From Macrostomum hystrix (lineage: Eukaryota; Animalia; Platyhelminthes): a stretch of 64,000 nucleotides of DNA. Below the pieces are notes generated by a model. That model worked only from the letters and a program-made list of their open reading frames with translations. It was not told the origin of the DNA and searched no databases. Below are positions 26,101-37,800 of this stretch, one piece after another. A program made the position numbers and the translations under genes. How positions within the stretch are numbered: position 1 is the stretch's first letter; each line of letters begins with the position of its first letter. Where the stretch lies: NCBI GenBank assembly GCA_950097015.1, contig CATNEN010000041.1:1922001-1986000 (forward strand), written 5' to 3'.

Positions 26101-27862
26101 TTCAGGATTCCGTAGCTGAGTGGAAATGGGGCAACGGCCTAGGTGTCCTAACCCAGGTCCGAGCATCACACTACCGCAAGTAGCCAGTATGACCCAAAAC
26201 CCCCCACACACAGACCTGCCAATCTGGAACTTCGACGGGTCCAGCACCGGGCAGGCGGAAGGCCAAAACTCGGACGTGATGATCCACCCGGTTGCGCTGT
26301 TCAACGATCCGTTCCGCGGCGGTGCCAACAAGCTGGTGTTGTGCGAGACCTTCGGTCATGACGGGACGCCGCACCCCAGCAACAAGCGGCACAGCTGCAA
26401 GCAAGCCATGGAGCTGGCCAAGGAGTTCAAGCCGTGGTTCGGCATTGAGCAAGAGTACACTATGCTGGACACGGACGGGCACCCGTTCGGCTGGCCGAAG
26501 AACGGCTTCCCTGGGCCGCAGGGTCCCTACTACACCGGCGTCGGAGCCAACAAAGTCTACGGCCGTGACGTGGTGGAGTCTCACTACCGCGCATGCATGT
26601 ACGCCGGGGTCAAGATTGCCGGCACCAATGCTGAAGTGATGCCGGCCCAGTGGGAATTCCAGGTTAGTCATCATTCGATTTTTTTTAATTCATCACACTT
26701 TATTTCTTAATTCTACAGCACTCGTTCTATTTTTAGATCTTACGTCATCCGCTCTATTTTTAGATCTTACGTCATTCGCTCTATTTTTAGATCTTGTGTC
26801 ATCCGCTCTATTAAAAATCTTGCATCATCAGTTCTATTTTTAGATCTTACTTCATCTGCTCTATTTTTTATACCAACGTAAGCCAGGCACACATGTTCTT
26901 ATTTTTTCATGATTGGACGAAGTGAGTCTTCAGGTCTTACATTATTCAGGTCCTGTGACGCATTACCGCTCTTTAACTAAAACTTTCCAGGTTGGTCCCT
27001 GTGAGGGCATTGACATGGGCGACCACCTGTGGATCGCCCGCTTCATTCTGCACCGCGTCGCCGAGGACTTCGGCATCGTGATCTCCTTCGATCCGAAGCC
27101 CGTGCCAGGCGACTGGAACGGGGCCGGCGCGCACACCAACTTCAGCACGCTGCAGATGCGCCAGGCCGAGGGCATGAAGGCCATCATCGAGGGCATCGAG
27201 AAGCTCGGCAAGCGGCAGGCCGCCCACATCGGGGCCTACGATCCGCACGGAGGCGCCGACAACAAGCGCCGGCTCACCGGCCTGCACGAGACCTCCAGCA
27301 TCGAAAATTTCAGCTACGGTGCGGCACGGCGTATCTGGCACTAGGGATCTGGATCTGTGCTGGGATGCCCACCTGGGATCTGGATCTGTGCTGGGATGCG
27401 CACCTGGGATCTGAATCTGGGCTGGGATGCCCACCTGGGATCTGGATCTGGGCTGGGATGCGCACCTGGGATCTGAATCTGGGCTGGGATGCCCACCTGG
27501 GATCTGGATCTGTGCTGGGATGCGCACCTGGGATCTGAATCTGGGCTGGGATGCCCACCTGGGATCTGGATCTGGGCTGGGATGCGCACCTGGGATCTGA
27601 ATCTGGGCTGGGATGCTCACCTGGGATCTGGATCTGGGCTGGGTGATTCGCTTCACTCTTCTGTAAGTAGTCGCAACTGAATGAAATCCAAAACCACTCG
27701 CGCGCAGGCGTGGCCAACCGCGGCTGCTCGGTCCGCATTCCACGCCAGTGCAGCGACGACGGCTGCGGCTACCTGGAGGACCGGCGCCCGGCCTCCAACT
27801 GCGACCCCTACTGCGTCACAGAGATGCTGGTGCGCACCGTCTGCCTGAATGAGAGCGGCTGA
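23199..27862 (+). CDS. GLUL: Glutamine synthetase (GSII), spliced, 364 aa
   Basis: Exons 23199-23237, 23574-23697, 26214-26662, 26991-27318, 27708-27862 (1095 nt, phases consistent). Motifs [74 protein letters not shown] and [14 protein letters not shown]; catalytic and metal-binding residues appear intact. Confidence 0.97.
23900..25280. repeat. 20-22-bp G-rich minisatellite in GS intron 2
   Basis: Unit GGGGAGAATGGGATTCCA(T/C)T, drifting to GGGGAGAGTGGGATTTCATT at the 3' end. A variant block recurs at about 24715 and 24965. Confidence 0.95.
26723..26870. repeat. 27-bp tandem repeat in GS intron 3, about 5 copies
   Basis: Unit CGCTCTATTTTTAGATCTTACGTCATC. Confidence 0.85.
27345..27640. repeat. 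31-bp minisatellite in GS intron 4, about 9 copies
   Basis: Unit CTGGGATCTG(G/A)ATCTGGGCTGGGATGC(C/G)CAC. Confidence 0.9.
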
Positions 27863-27974
27863 GAACCAGTTCAAACTGGTTTATTGACCTGACAGACTGG
27901 GCACAACTCTTACCTGTACCTTGGCTATAGCTATGGTTATCTCTTACACAGCTTTCTTTTTTATAGATAGGGCA

Positions 27975-28235
27975 TCTCAAAATGGGATTCTAGCATCAGG
28001 TTTGTAGATATGGGATCTCAGAATGGGATTCTAGCATCAGGTTTGTAGATATGGGATCTCAGAATGGGATTCTAGCATCAGGTTTGTAGATATGGGATCT
28101 CAGAATGGGATTCTAGCATCAGGTTTGTAGATATGGGATCTCAGAATGGGATTCTAGCATCAGGTTTGTAGATATGGGATCTCAGAATGGGATTCTAGCA
28201 TCAGGTTTGTAGATATGGGATCTCAGAATGGGATT
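27975..28235. repeat. 41-bp tandem repeat 3' of GS, about 6 copies
   Basis: Unit GGGATCTCAGAATGGGATTCTAGCATCAGGTTTGTAGATAT. Confidence 0.9.
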
Positions 28236-28969
28236 ATATTCTAGTTATCATTTTATCGCTTGTTCCAAGAGCAACTGAAATATTAAATCTATGGCTGTCT
28301 GGCAATATATTCTAATTAGCTTTGGCTTGTGGCCTGTGACGCTCACGGGGCCTGTAACTTCAAAATGAAACAGCTAAAAATAGGCAGATCTGAGCACACT
28401 GTCTTCTCAAAGCAAACACGAGTACTAATAATACTTCTAAAGCCTACCAGACAAGTTCCTGTTAGCCAGGGCTTATTTATCTCTGATGTGCTGGACTTTA
28501 GTTGCTTTGCTTGCATCAGCATAGACATGAGCCAGGTTCCATGTGACCTGAAAGCTTTGTGAGAGCCAGGACCGCGTCATGAGGCCAATTTTGAGTCGAG
28601 TTTCTAGGCGTTGCGAATTTGCGTCTGAGACTACTGCTCAAGCTGAGTACATAATTCTGGCTGGTGAGAAGATGCAGATTGAGAAGAGGCTGAGAAAAGC
28701 CCTGGAGCAGACGGCCAGCATATCGCTGATCCGGCTCTGCCAGCAGCTGGCAGCAACCCTGAGCTCATTGTGCGAGACTGTGCGGACGAGAAACTGGTAA
28801 AAGTACATTGTCTGCTGCATTTAATGGGTCGAAATAAAGATATCTTTTTGGGACTCTTTGTGTAGGGAGAGAGACAAGGAAAGTAAGAAGAGATCAGGGC
28901 AGAAGACCTGGGCGCCAGCTCGCTGCTCATTGAAGATCTGGACGGCAGCTCGCAGGACGGCAGGACGCC

Positions 28970-29515
28970 AGATCAGTCTCTCTCCCTCTCTGCTCAGTCT
29001 ACTCTCCCTGATGATCAGCCTACTCTCTCCCTCTCTGCTCAGTCTACTCTCCCTGATGATCAGTCTACTCTCTCCCTCTCTGCTCAGTCTACTCTCCCTG
29101 ATGATCAGCCTACTCTCTCCCTCTCTGCTCAGTCTACTCTCCCTGATGATCAGCCTACTCTCTCCCTCTCTGCTCAGTCTACTCTCCCTGATGATCAGCC
29201 TACTCTCTCCCTCTCTGCTCAGTCTACTCTCTCCCTCTCTGCTCAGTCTACTCTCCCTGATGATCAGCCTACTCTCTCCCTCTCTGCTCAGTCTACTCTC
29301 TCCCTCTCTGCTCAGTCTACTCTCCCTGATGATCAGCCTACTCTCTCCCTCTCTGCTCAGTCTACTCTCCCTGATGATCAGCCTACTCTCTCCCTCTCTG
29401 CTCAGTCTACTCTCCCTGATGATCAGCCTACTCTCTCCCTCTCTGCTCAGTCTACTCTCCCTGATGATCAGTCTACTCTCTCCCTCTCTGCTCAGTCTAC
29501 TCTCCCTGATGATCT
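28970..29515. repeat. 45-bp tandem repeat with 24-bp sub-unit duplications
   Basis: Unit CTCTCTCCCTCTCTGCTCAGTCTACTCTCCCTGATGATCAG(C/T)CTA. Confidence 0.9.
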
Positions 29516-30482
29516 GTCTCATCCAGCTAGGATTGTGAGGCTGCAGTGCTGCGTTTCTGATTGTGCTCAACTTTGATTTTGGAGCATCGTTGAGCCCGTT
29601 GCGTCCGTTCACAGTAGAATTATTATTGACTCTGTAGACTCAGTTGATTTGCACCCTTGAGCAGTAGACTCAACTCTCCTTGAGCAGTAGACTCTGCCCC
29701 CTTGAGCAGTAAACTCAGCTCCCCTTAAGCAGTAGACTCACCCCCTTGAGCCGTAGACTCACCCCCTTGAGCAGTTGACTCTGCCCCCCAATCAGTAAAC
29801 GCAGCTCCCCTTTGAGCATTATTGCGCTCCCAGTTTCTGTAAGCCAGTAAAATGCCAAAAGTTTCATTTCTGATTAGCATTGTTTGCTCACAGCACAGAA
29901 TCCGCAGCTGTGCTGACACGCAGATAGGTATGAATATATTTGAATAGATATTTAGCAGATAAGGAATTGCGCAGTGCTGGATTTGATTGGACCCGGAAAA
30001 CGGCACAGCTGTGGGGAAAGCAGAGAACTGGACACAATACTGACACAGACAACAGGTGCAGATGGGGCGATGAGTACGGATGTGGGATTAGCACTGCTCA
30101 TTCAGCCAATTCGGTGAAAAACATCTTCTAAGTTCTAAAATCTATTTACAAAACAAAGACTCGCTGAAGTGTGACTGCCAGTAGGCAGGTGGGTGCAGGT
30201 ACATCACTGAATATCTGCTATTCTCAGAACTGCGTTGGTGCACTTTAAAACAGGATGCGAGTTGCTGGGGCCACTAAATAAATGCACAATGCGCCAGAGA
30301 CACGCGAGCCTGCATGCAGTGAGAGCACGGCAGCAGGTAAGCAGAGAAACTCGAGGCTAAAAATCTACTTCGATAAGCAAGCTGAGCTCGGATTGCTCAG
30401 TGCTCAGCAGGTGAAACTGCTCACAATGCAGGCTCTGAATTAGACTTTTTAACTGCTTTGCTAACTTGTGTTAGTAAAAATA

Positions 30483-31410
30483 GGCTATTTAGCTCCTGTT
30501 CGAGTTGGGCATCTAGTTCTTGTACAAGTTGGCTATTTAGTTCTTGTACAAGTTGGCTATTTAGTTCTTGTACAAGTTGGCTATTTAGTTCTTGTACAAG
30601 TTGGCTATTTAGTTCTTGTACAAGTTGGCTATTTAGTTCTTGTACAAGTTGGCTATTTAGTTCTTGTACAAGTTGGCTATTTAGTTCTTGTACAAGTTGG
30701 CTATTTAGTTCTTGTACAAGTTGGCTATTTAGTTCTTGTACAAGTTGGCTATTTAGTTCTTGTACAAGTTGGCTATTTAGTTCTTGTACAAGTTGGCTAT
30801 TTAGTTCTTGTACAAGTTGGCTATTTAGTTCTTGTACAAGTTGGCTATTTAGTTCTTGTACAAGTTGGCTATTTAGTTCTTGTACAAGTTGGCTATTTAG
30901 TTCTTGTACAAGTTGGCTATTTAGTTCTTGTACAAGTTGGCTATTTAGTTCTTGTACAAGTTGGCTATTTAGTTCTTGTACAAGTTGGCTATTTAGTTCT
31001 TGTACAAGTTGGCTATTTAGTTCTTGTACAAGTTGGCTATTTAGTTCTTGTACAATTTGGCTATTTAGTTCTTGTACAAGTTGGCTATTTAGTTCTTGTA
31101 CAAGTTGGCTATTTAGTTCTTGTACAAGTTGGCTATTTAGTTCTTGTACAAGTTGGCTATTTAGTTCTTGTACAAGTTGGCTATTTAGTTCTTGTACAAT
31201 TTGGCTATTTAGTTCTTGTACAAGTTGGCTATTTAGTTCTTGTACAAGTTGGCTATTTAGTTCTTGTACAAGTTGGCTATTTAGTTCTTGTACAAGATGG
31301 CTATTTAGCTCTTGTACAAGTTGACAATTTAGCTCTTGTACAAGTTGACAATTTAGCTCTTGTACAAGTTGACAATTAAACTCTTGTACAAGTTGACAAT
31401 TTAGTTATTG
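30483..31410. repeat. 24-bp near-perfect minisatellite, about 38 copies
   Basis: Unit GTTGGCTATTTAGTTCTTGTACAA. Confidence 0.97.
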
Positions 31411-31895
31411 TACAATGGCAATCCGAGTCACCTTCTCGTCCTTGGCTAAAAGTGCAACCTGACACAAAAGCACAAAGCTTGGCTGACAAACATTTTAGCA
31501 AATAACAGGGAGTGCTCGCAGATTAACAAATCGATAATGGTGTCGCAAAATCACAGGAGCAATGTGCTCACGCGGTGTGCTCAAAGCAGAGAGCGGGATG
31601 GGCAGAAAGCTGTGGAAAGCAAACTAGAAGCAAAGCAGGACTCCGTATAAAAATATGTCTGCCCAGGAATTCGATTCTCAGACAGTCCAGCCAATCAGCT
31701 CACAATCAGAGCGCATTTAAAATTCGCTCTTTCTAAAAAATGGATTTCGAGCGCGTTCAGCCAAAACTGCCCCGAGTTCTTTGATAATTCTTGCAAATGT
31801 CGAATGTGCTACTGCCAAGTTGCTTGTGAGTAGTTTGAATGGAGAATATTCGCTCTTCTATAGATCTGTGTGAAAAATTCCAGTCCCTCTGGGCT

Positions 31896-34800
31896 TCAAG
31901 TAGCCAGGGGCAGCTGGAGGAGGCTGCAGTCCCTTGGCGAGTAGCCCACATTGTGCCGCTGCAGGAACAGGTGAATCTCGCTGAAGCGCGGCCGGCAGGC
32001 TTCGTCCCGCTGCCAGCACTCGCACAGCAGGTCGTAGAGCTCACGGGAGCACAGCGGCGGGCAGGGCAGCGCCTGGGCGGCACCGTTGCACAGCAGGATG
32101 TGCTGGCAGTTGGCCACCACCTGCGGGCCGGCGGCGGGAGGGTGTTGAGAATCTACCACCGCGGATTGCTTAATCTATTTCTATGGACTGCTAGTCTATT
32201 ACAAATGGATTGCTAATCTATTACAAATGGATTGCTAATCTATTACAAATGGATTGCTAATCTATTACAAATGGATTGCTAATCTATTACAAATGGATTG
32301 CTAATATTTGAAATATGAATTGCTAATATAGCCGTCGCTCGCTCACCTGCTGGTCGCTCAGGTGAGAGAATGGCTGCTCCCGGCAGAAGGTGAGCATCTC
32401 CCACAGCGTGACGGCGAAGCTCCAGACGTCGCTGCGGCAGGAGAAGCGGCCGTGCAGGACGGCCTCCCAGGCCATCCAGCGGATGGGCAGCGAGGCGCCG
32501 GAGCCGCCGTCAAGTCGGCAGTAGTCTGCCGAGTAGAGCGGCTGCGACATGCCGAAGTCGCAGATTTTCACCTGGTAGCCGGCGCCCAGCAGGCAGTTGC
32601 GACAGGCCAGGTCGCGATGCACCAGCTGCAGGGACTCCAGGTATTTCATGCCGCTGGCGATCTGCGCGGCAAGGTAGATCAGGCAGCCATGCGACAGCGG
32701 CGGCTCCGAGGAGCCGGTGGCAGCGGCTGCTGCAGCCCGGGAGCGCAGGAACTGGTGCAGGTCACCGTGCTGCATGTACTCAACCAGGATGCACTGCTGG
32801 GCGCCATCGCGCGTCACCACGCCCAGCACCCGGACGATGTTAGGATCCTGCAGCCGCGCCAGCAGCCGCATCTCGCGCCGGAAGTCGCGTCGGGCCTGCG
32901 GACCCGCGCCGGGTCGGAGGGTCTTCGCTGCCACCAGGAGGCGGCCGCCAGGAGAAACCCACTCGGCCAGCCGGACCTCGCCGAACTGTCCGCCTCCCAG
33001 GCGCTCCTTCAGCGCCACGGAGCCCGGCGCCACCTCCAGGGCGGCGAGTGAATCGGCGCTGACCGCAGGTTCCGAAGAGTCGCCGAGGTCATCGGCACCG
33101 CCGAGGATGCCGAAGTCGTCGGGACAGGCGTAGACCGTGTTGCCGGAGCAGCCTGTACAATGGCCAGGGAACGGGTCGGTCTCTTCGGTCCCTTCCCTTC
33201 TCTTAGAAAAAAAGTATAAAAATGGAGGACGGCACGATGGCTCTACTCAAAGTTGATGTTTTGCTATGAGACTCAGCTTGGTCTGGCGCTGCTCTCAGAA
33301 TTCGTATTCCAGAAGCTTCTAAGAAAGAAAATATTTCTTCTGCAACCTCAAAACGTGGTGTTTCTGGCGAGGCTGCGCAAGCGACAGTCCCGTGTTCAAC
33401 AAACCGATCGGCGAGCTTGCAGATTGGGAAGCGGACTATGGTGGGATTGGGGAATCGAAAACAGGCGTCAAAGTTGAGCTCGTCAAACCGAATGAGAACT
33501 GAAGTGAGAAGCAAGCGAACTCGAAGCTGCTCAGACCAATGAGGCTGGGGCTCCCAGCGTCCACTCGCTCACGCGCAGCTGCCCAGGGGAGAGTCTTCAG
33601 GAAGGTGTCGAAGTGAGACGGCTTGTTGGCGATGGGAGCTGATGAGGCGCCGGTCTGCCGGAGTCGAGAGGCCGGCCAAGTGGCCTCAGCAGCAGCAGCA
33701 GCAGCATAGAGCACGCGGGGCGGTGGTCGTGGGATTGCGCAACCGTGGGGAGATTATCCCAGCCCCTTCTCTGTCTGGCCTGGGCAGGAAGTGGTCCGCG
33801 CTGCCGACCTCCACCTGATGCGGCTGGGCCTTCGCCTTCAAGACTTTAATTAAGGTTGAGCATAGTCTCAAAGGGCTCGCACCTGCTCATCCCGGATGAG
33901 GCTCGGGTCAGGCAGATCAGAAGAATGATTGAAGGATACCTGCGAGCTGACCGGCATGCCATGATTGAGGCAGATTATTTGGGGGACACTGACTCACTCA
34001 GCTGAGCAGTGAGCCGTGACTCATTGACCTACTTGACACATTACCGCCCTGCTCTGTTAATAATAGTTAATAACGTCAGCCTTCCAATAATTGAGAGCGG
34101 AGGTGCCGCCGTACCTTGAATGCTCAGGTCCGATGGAAACCGAGGCACCGGCGGAGGCGACGAGTTGGAAGCGAAAGACGCAGCCGCCGCGGCAGTCCTG
34201 GGCAATCCGGGCAGGGCGGCGGTTCTCGACTGACGGCCGCCGCCCAGCTGAAGGTGGCCAGCGGACGGATCAACGGTGGCTGAGCACGCGTGGTGCCGGA
34301 GCTGATGGTGCGGCGGCTGCGGCTGCAGCGGGCCGGTGCCGGGCAGGAGGATCCGCGGCCTGGCGTAGGTGCCGAGCCCCGCCGCGTACAGCCCGCCGCC
34401 GTTCAGGCCGAAGGGTGGCGCCGCCAGCGGCTGCTGCTGCTGCGGGCCGTACAGGGTGGCGCTGGCGTACTCGCGTGCGGCTCCGCTGGGCATCGCCGGA
34501 GCGAACGGAGCGAAGGAAGCCGGGGCGTAGGTGTAGCAGTCGGGGCCGTTCAGGTCGGTGCGCTGGTCCTCCTCGTCCTCGGAATTGGGCAGGCTGGTGT
34601 AGATGCTACCGTTGGCCGGCTTGCCATTGACCACCATGGCTGGCCGGCCGCTGCTGAAGTCTAGGTGGATGCTCTCCGCGTTCTTCGCTTGCTGATGTAA
34701 TGAGCGGCCGCCCGCATCACCGCCCCGCTGCTTTTTGCGCAGGAGGCGCCGGCGAAGGCAGAGGAAGGCGATGGCCAGCATCAGCAGGACCGCGCCCAGC

Positions 34801-37800
34801 AGGATCGAGACGATGATGGCCACGTAGGTGGTCGTCTCGCTCTCCCTGGCCGCGCCGCTGCCGCCGGGGCCGCCAGCGCCGCCTCCGCCCTGCTCGATGC
34901 GCTCATTGTGAGAGGAGCCGCCGCTGCCGCGCCCGGCGCTTGGAGGCTGCACGGGTGGCAGCACCGGCGGGTTCGTATTGCCGGCGCCCGGATCCACTGG
35001 CGGTCGCGGTGGTGGAGACGGCGGGGGCTTCGGCGGTGTCTCAGTTGGTGGCGGGTCGGGCATCACGTCTGCGAAAGGCGAGGAGAGAGAGGGGATGGCC
35101 GGGTTATTGGGATCGCCGATCGAAATGGAATGCGGAACCAATTTGAGCAACGAAAGGAGAAGGTTGGGTGAAGGGAGCGGAGAGGGTTGGGTGAAGGGAG
35201 CGGAGAGGGTTGGGTGAAGGGAGCAGAGAGGGTTGGGTGAAGGGAGCGGAGAGGTTTGAGTGAAGGGAGCGGAGAGGTTTGAGTGAAGGGAGCGGAGAGG
35301 TTTGAGTGAAGGGAGCGGAGAGGTTTGAGTGAAGGGAGCGGAGAGGGTTGTGTGAAGGGAGCGGTGTGGATTGGGATAAAAGGAACAGAGAGGGTTAGGA
35401 TAATAGAGGTCCAATATGGGTGAGATATTCGATGTTGGAATTGATAAGTTGATATAATTTTTGTGCTGTGATTATATTTAATCAAGCAATCACAGCAGAT
35501 ATCATTAGCAGGTGGATTTCAGCCCAGGTGGGATTGCAATCTGCAGGATCTGACAGTGGAGATGCGGAGGTCGGGTCAAGCAGTTGGGTGGGCGCGGGTT
35601 CTTCAGAATTTCATTAAGACAAAGTTTTCTTAGAATGCAGTCAAGGCAGGATCGAACAATTTTAGGAAATGTTTGGGATTTATCTGGCCAAAGATCACGG
35701 CCGGCTTTGGGACACGCGGAGGAGAAGAGGCAGCCCAGGTGAAGTGGGAGCACAAGAGCTGGCCCCCAGAAATTAACCTCCTCTTGGGCGCGCAGTGACT
35801 CGAGAGACAGAAATTCTGACGGCCCTCCGTGATTCCGCCTGTTTTTGCAAGGCACCCGTCTCCGCATCAGTGCTGGCTGCAACCGGTGCGCACAGCTGCG
35901 GCTGCAGAGATGCCTGAATCGCAGCAGATCGCTACCTGGGCATGTCTGAGTTGGACTCTGATTCACTTCTGCCCCGGGGCTTCCGGCTCGGTTTCCGGAC
36001 ACGCGGGGTCTGTTTTCCGGGCCGGCAAATCGAATCTGTCTCGACCCGGTTTGGGGGACTCGCTAAGCTCAGCATCGACTCAGCTGGACAAAGTACAAAA
36101 TATTCCCCTAGGAGGCCGGTGCGGGAGACAGACGCCAGACTTGTGATATGCCACGTCTGGGAGATAAGGCAGGATACTCGAGAGTAAGGAATCGTATCAC
36201 TGTGAGCGTGCGTCCGTTCAACTCCCTTTTCTATCCATTCGAGCACTCCGCGTCCAACCCTCTCTCGCCTCCACTTCTGGCCCTTCCACTCCTCCGCTTC
36301 TACCCATTCTTCTCCACCACTTCTACCCCTTCCCCTCCGCTTCTACCCCTTCTTCTCCACCACTTCTGGCCCTTCCACTCCTCCGCTTCTACCCCTTCTT
36401 CTCCGCTTCTACCCCTTCTTCTCCACCACTTCTACCCCTTCGACTCCTCCGCTTCTACCCCTTCTTCTCCACCACTTCTACCCCTTCCTCTCCTAAACTC
36501 ATGGTGAAGGAAAAAACTGAAGTGTGAGAACGGCGGTGCGGCATGAGTCAATATTTTTCTTTGGAAGGCAAACACGAGACGCTAACCAAGAGTTCTCAAA
36601 CGCCTCAGCTCAAGGTTTCTGGGACACCTGCAAATCTCATTGAGACACACGTTGGAGGCGGCAGAAGACAAAGGCAGAAAAAAGTATTCCAACTTTAATG
36701 AAAGACTGTCTAAAAAGAAGGCTAATCTGCCCTCAAGACATAGTTTGTGAGGCCGCAGTGAGTCACTGTGTGCTCGTGCATAATCTGCGGCCAGAGAAAG
36801 TAAGCAAAGAGCGGTGCGAGCTCGCTAGCAGCTCAGAGTCCGTCATTTCCTGTTGCTGGCGATACCCTCTTAGTTTCTCTCCTTCTGCCCTCGCACGGAG
36901 TCACCCCACGTTTAAAAAAATAGTATTTTAATGGACACAGGAAGTCCGGAAAACTGACGCTAGTTTTCGGGCGATTGGATTAAAGTGGGGAATCAAGTGC
37001 TATTGATTCGGCACCGTTTGAACTGCCGTTCTGGAAAAGACAGGCGCCTCCTGGCTAGAGCTGTGACCCCCGGCTCGGTCATGGGGACTTTCGGAGACGG
37101 GGAGAGTGGTAGATGGTAGATCGGAGCTAGAGAAGTAGATAAGAAAGAGTGAGAGAAGTGAAGAAGGGTAGAGAAGATAGGAAAGGGTAGAATGGAGTGG
37201 GTAGGCAGGGAAGGGTAGAATGGAGAGGGTAGGCAGGGAAGGGTAGAATGGAGAGGGTAGGCAGGGAAGGGTAGAATGGAGAGGGTGGGCAGGGAAGGGT
37301 AGAATGGAGAGGGTAGGCAGGGAAGGGTAGAATGGAGAGGGTAGGCAGGGAAGGGTAGAATGGAGAGGGTAGGCAGGGAAGGGTAGAATGGAGAGGGTAG
37401 GCAGGGAAGGGTAGAATGGAGAGGGTAGGCATGGAAGGGTAGAATGGAGAGGGTAGGCAGGGAAGGGTAGAATGGAGTGGGTAGGCAGGGAAGGGTAGAA
37501 TGGAGAGGGTAGGCAGGGAAGGGTAGAATGGAGTGGGTAGGCAGGGAAGGGTAGAATGGAGAGGGTAGGCAGGGAAGGGTAGAATGGAGAGGGTAGGCAG
37601 GGAAGGGTAGAATGGAGTGGGTAGGCAGGGAAGGGTAGAATGGAGAGGGTAGGCAGGGAAGGGTAGAATGGAGTGGGTAGGCAGGGAAGGGTAGAATGGA
37701 GAGGGTAGGCAGGGAAGGGTAGAATGGAGAGGGTAGGCATGGAAGGGTAGAATGGAGAGGGTAGGCAGGGAAGGGTAGAATGGAGTGGGTAGGCAGGGAA

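Noticed and set aside
28970-29515. CTGATGA in each 45-bp unit as a hammerhead core
   Set aside because: No stem II or GAAA follows.
30458-31379. Long ORFs (SSCTSWLF)n and (VGYLVLVQ)n
   Set aside because: Stop-free frames of a 24-bp repeat with no coding context. The same applies to the repeat ORFs at 104-675, 4012-4618, 5299-5838, 23832-25062, 36993-38105 and 61251-61988.
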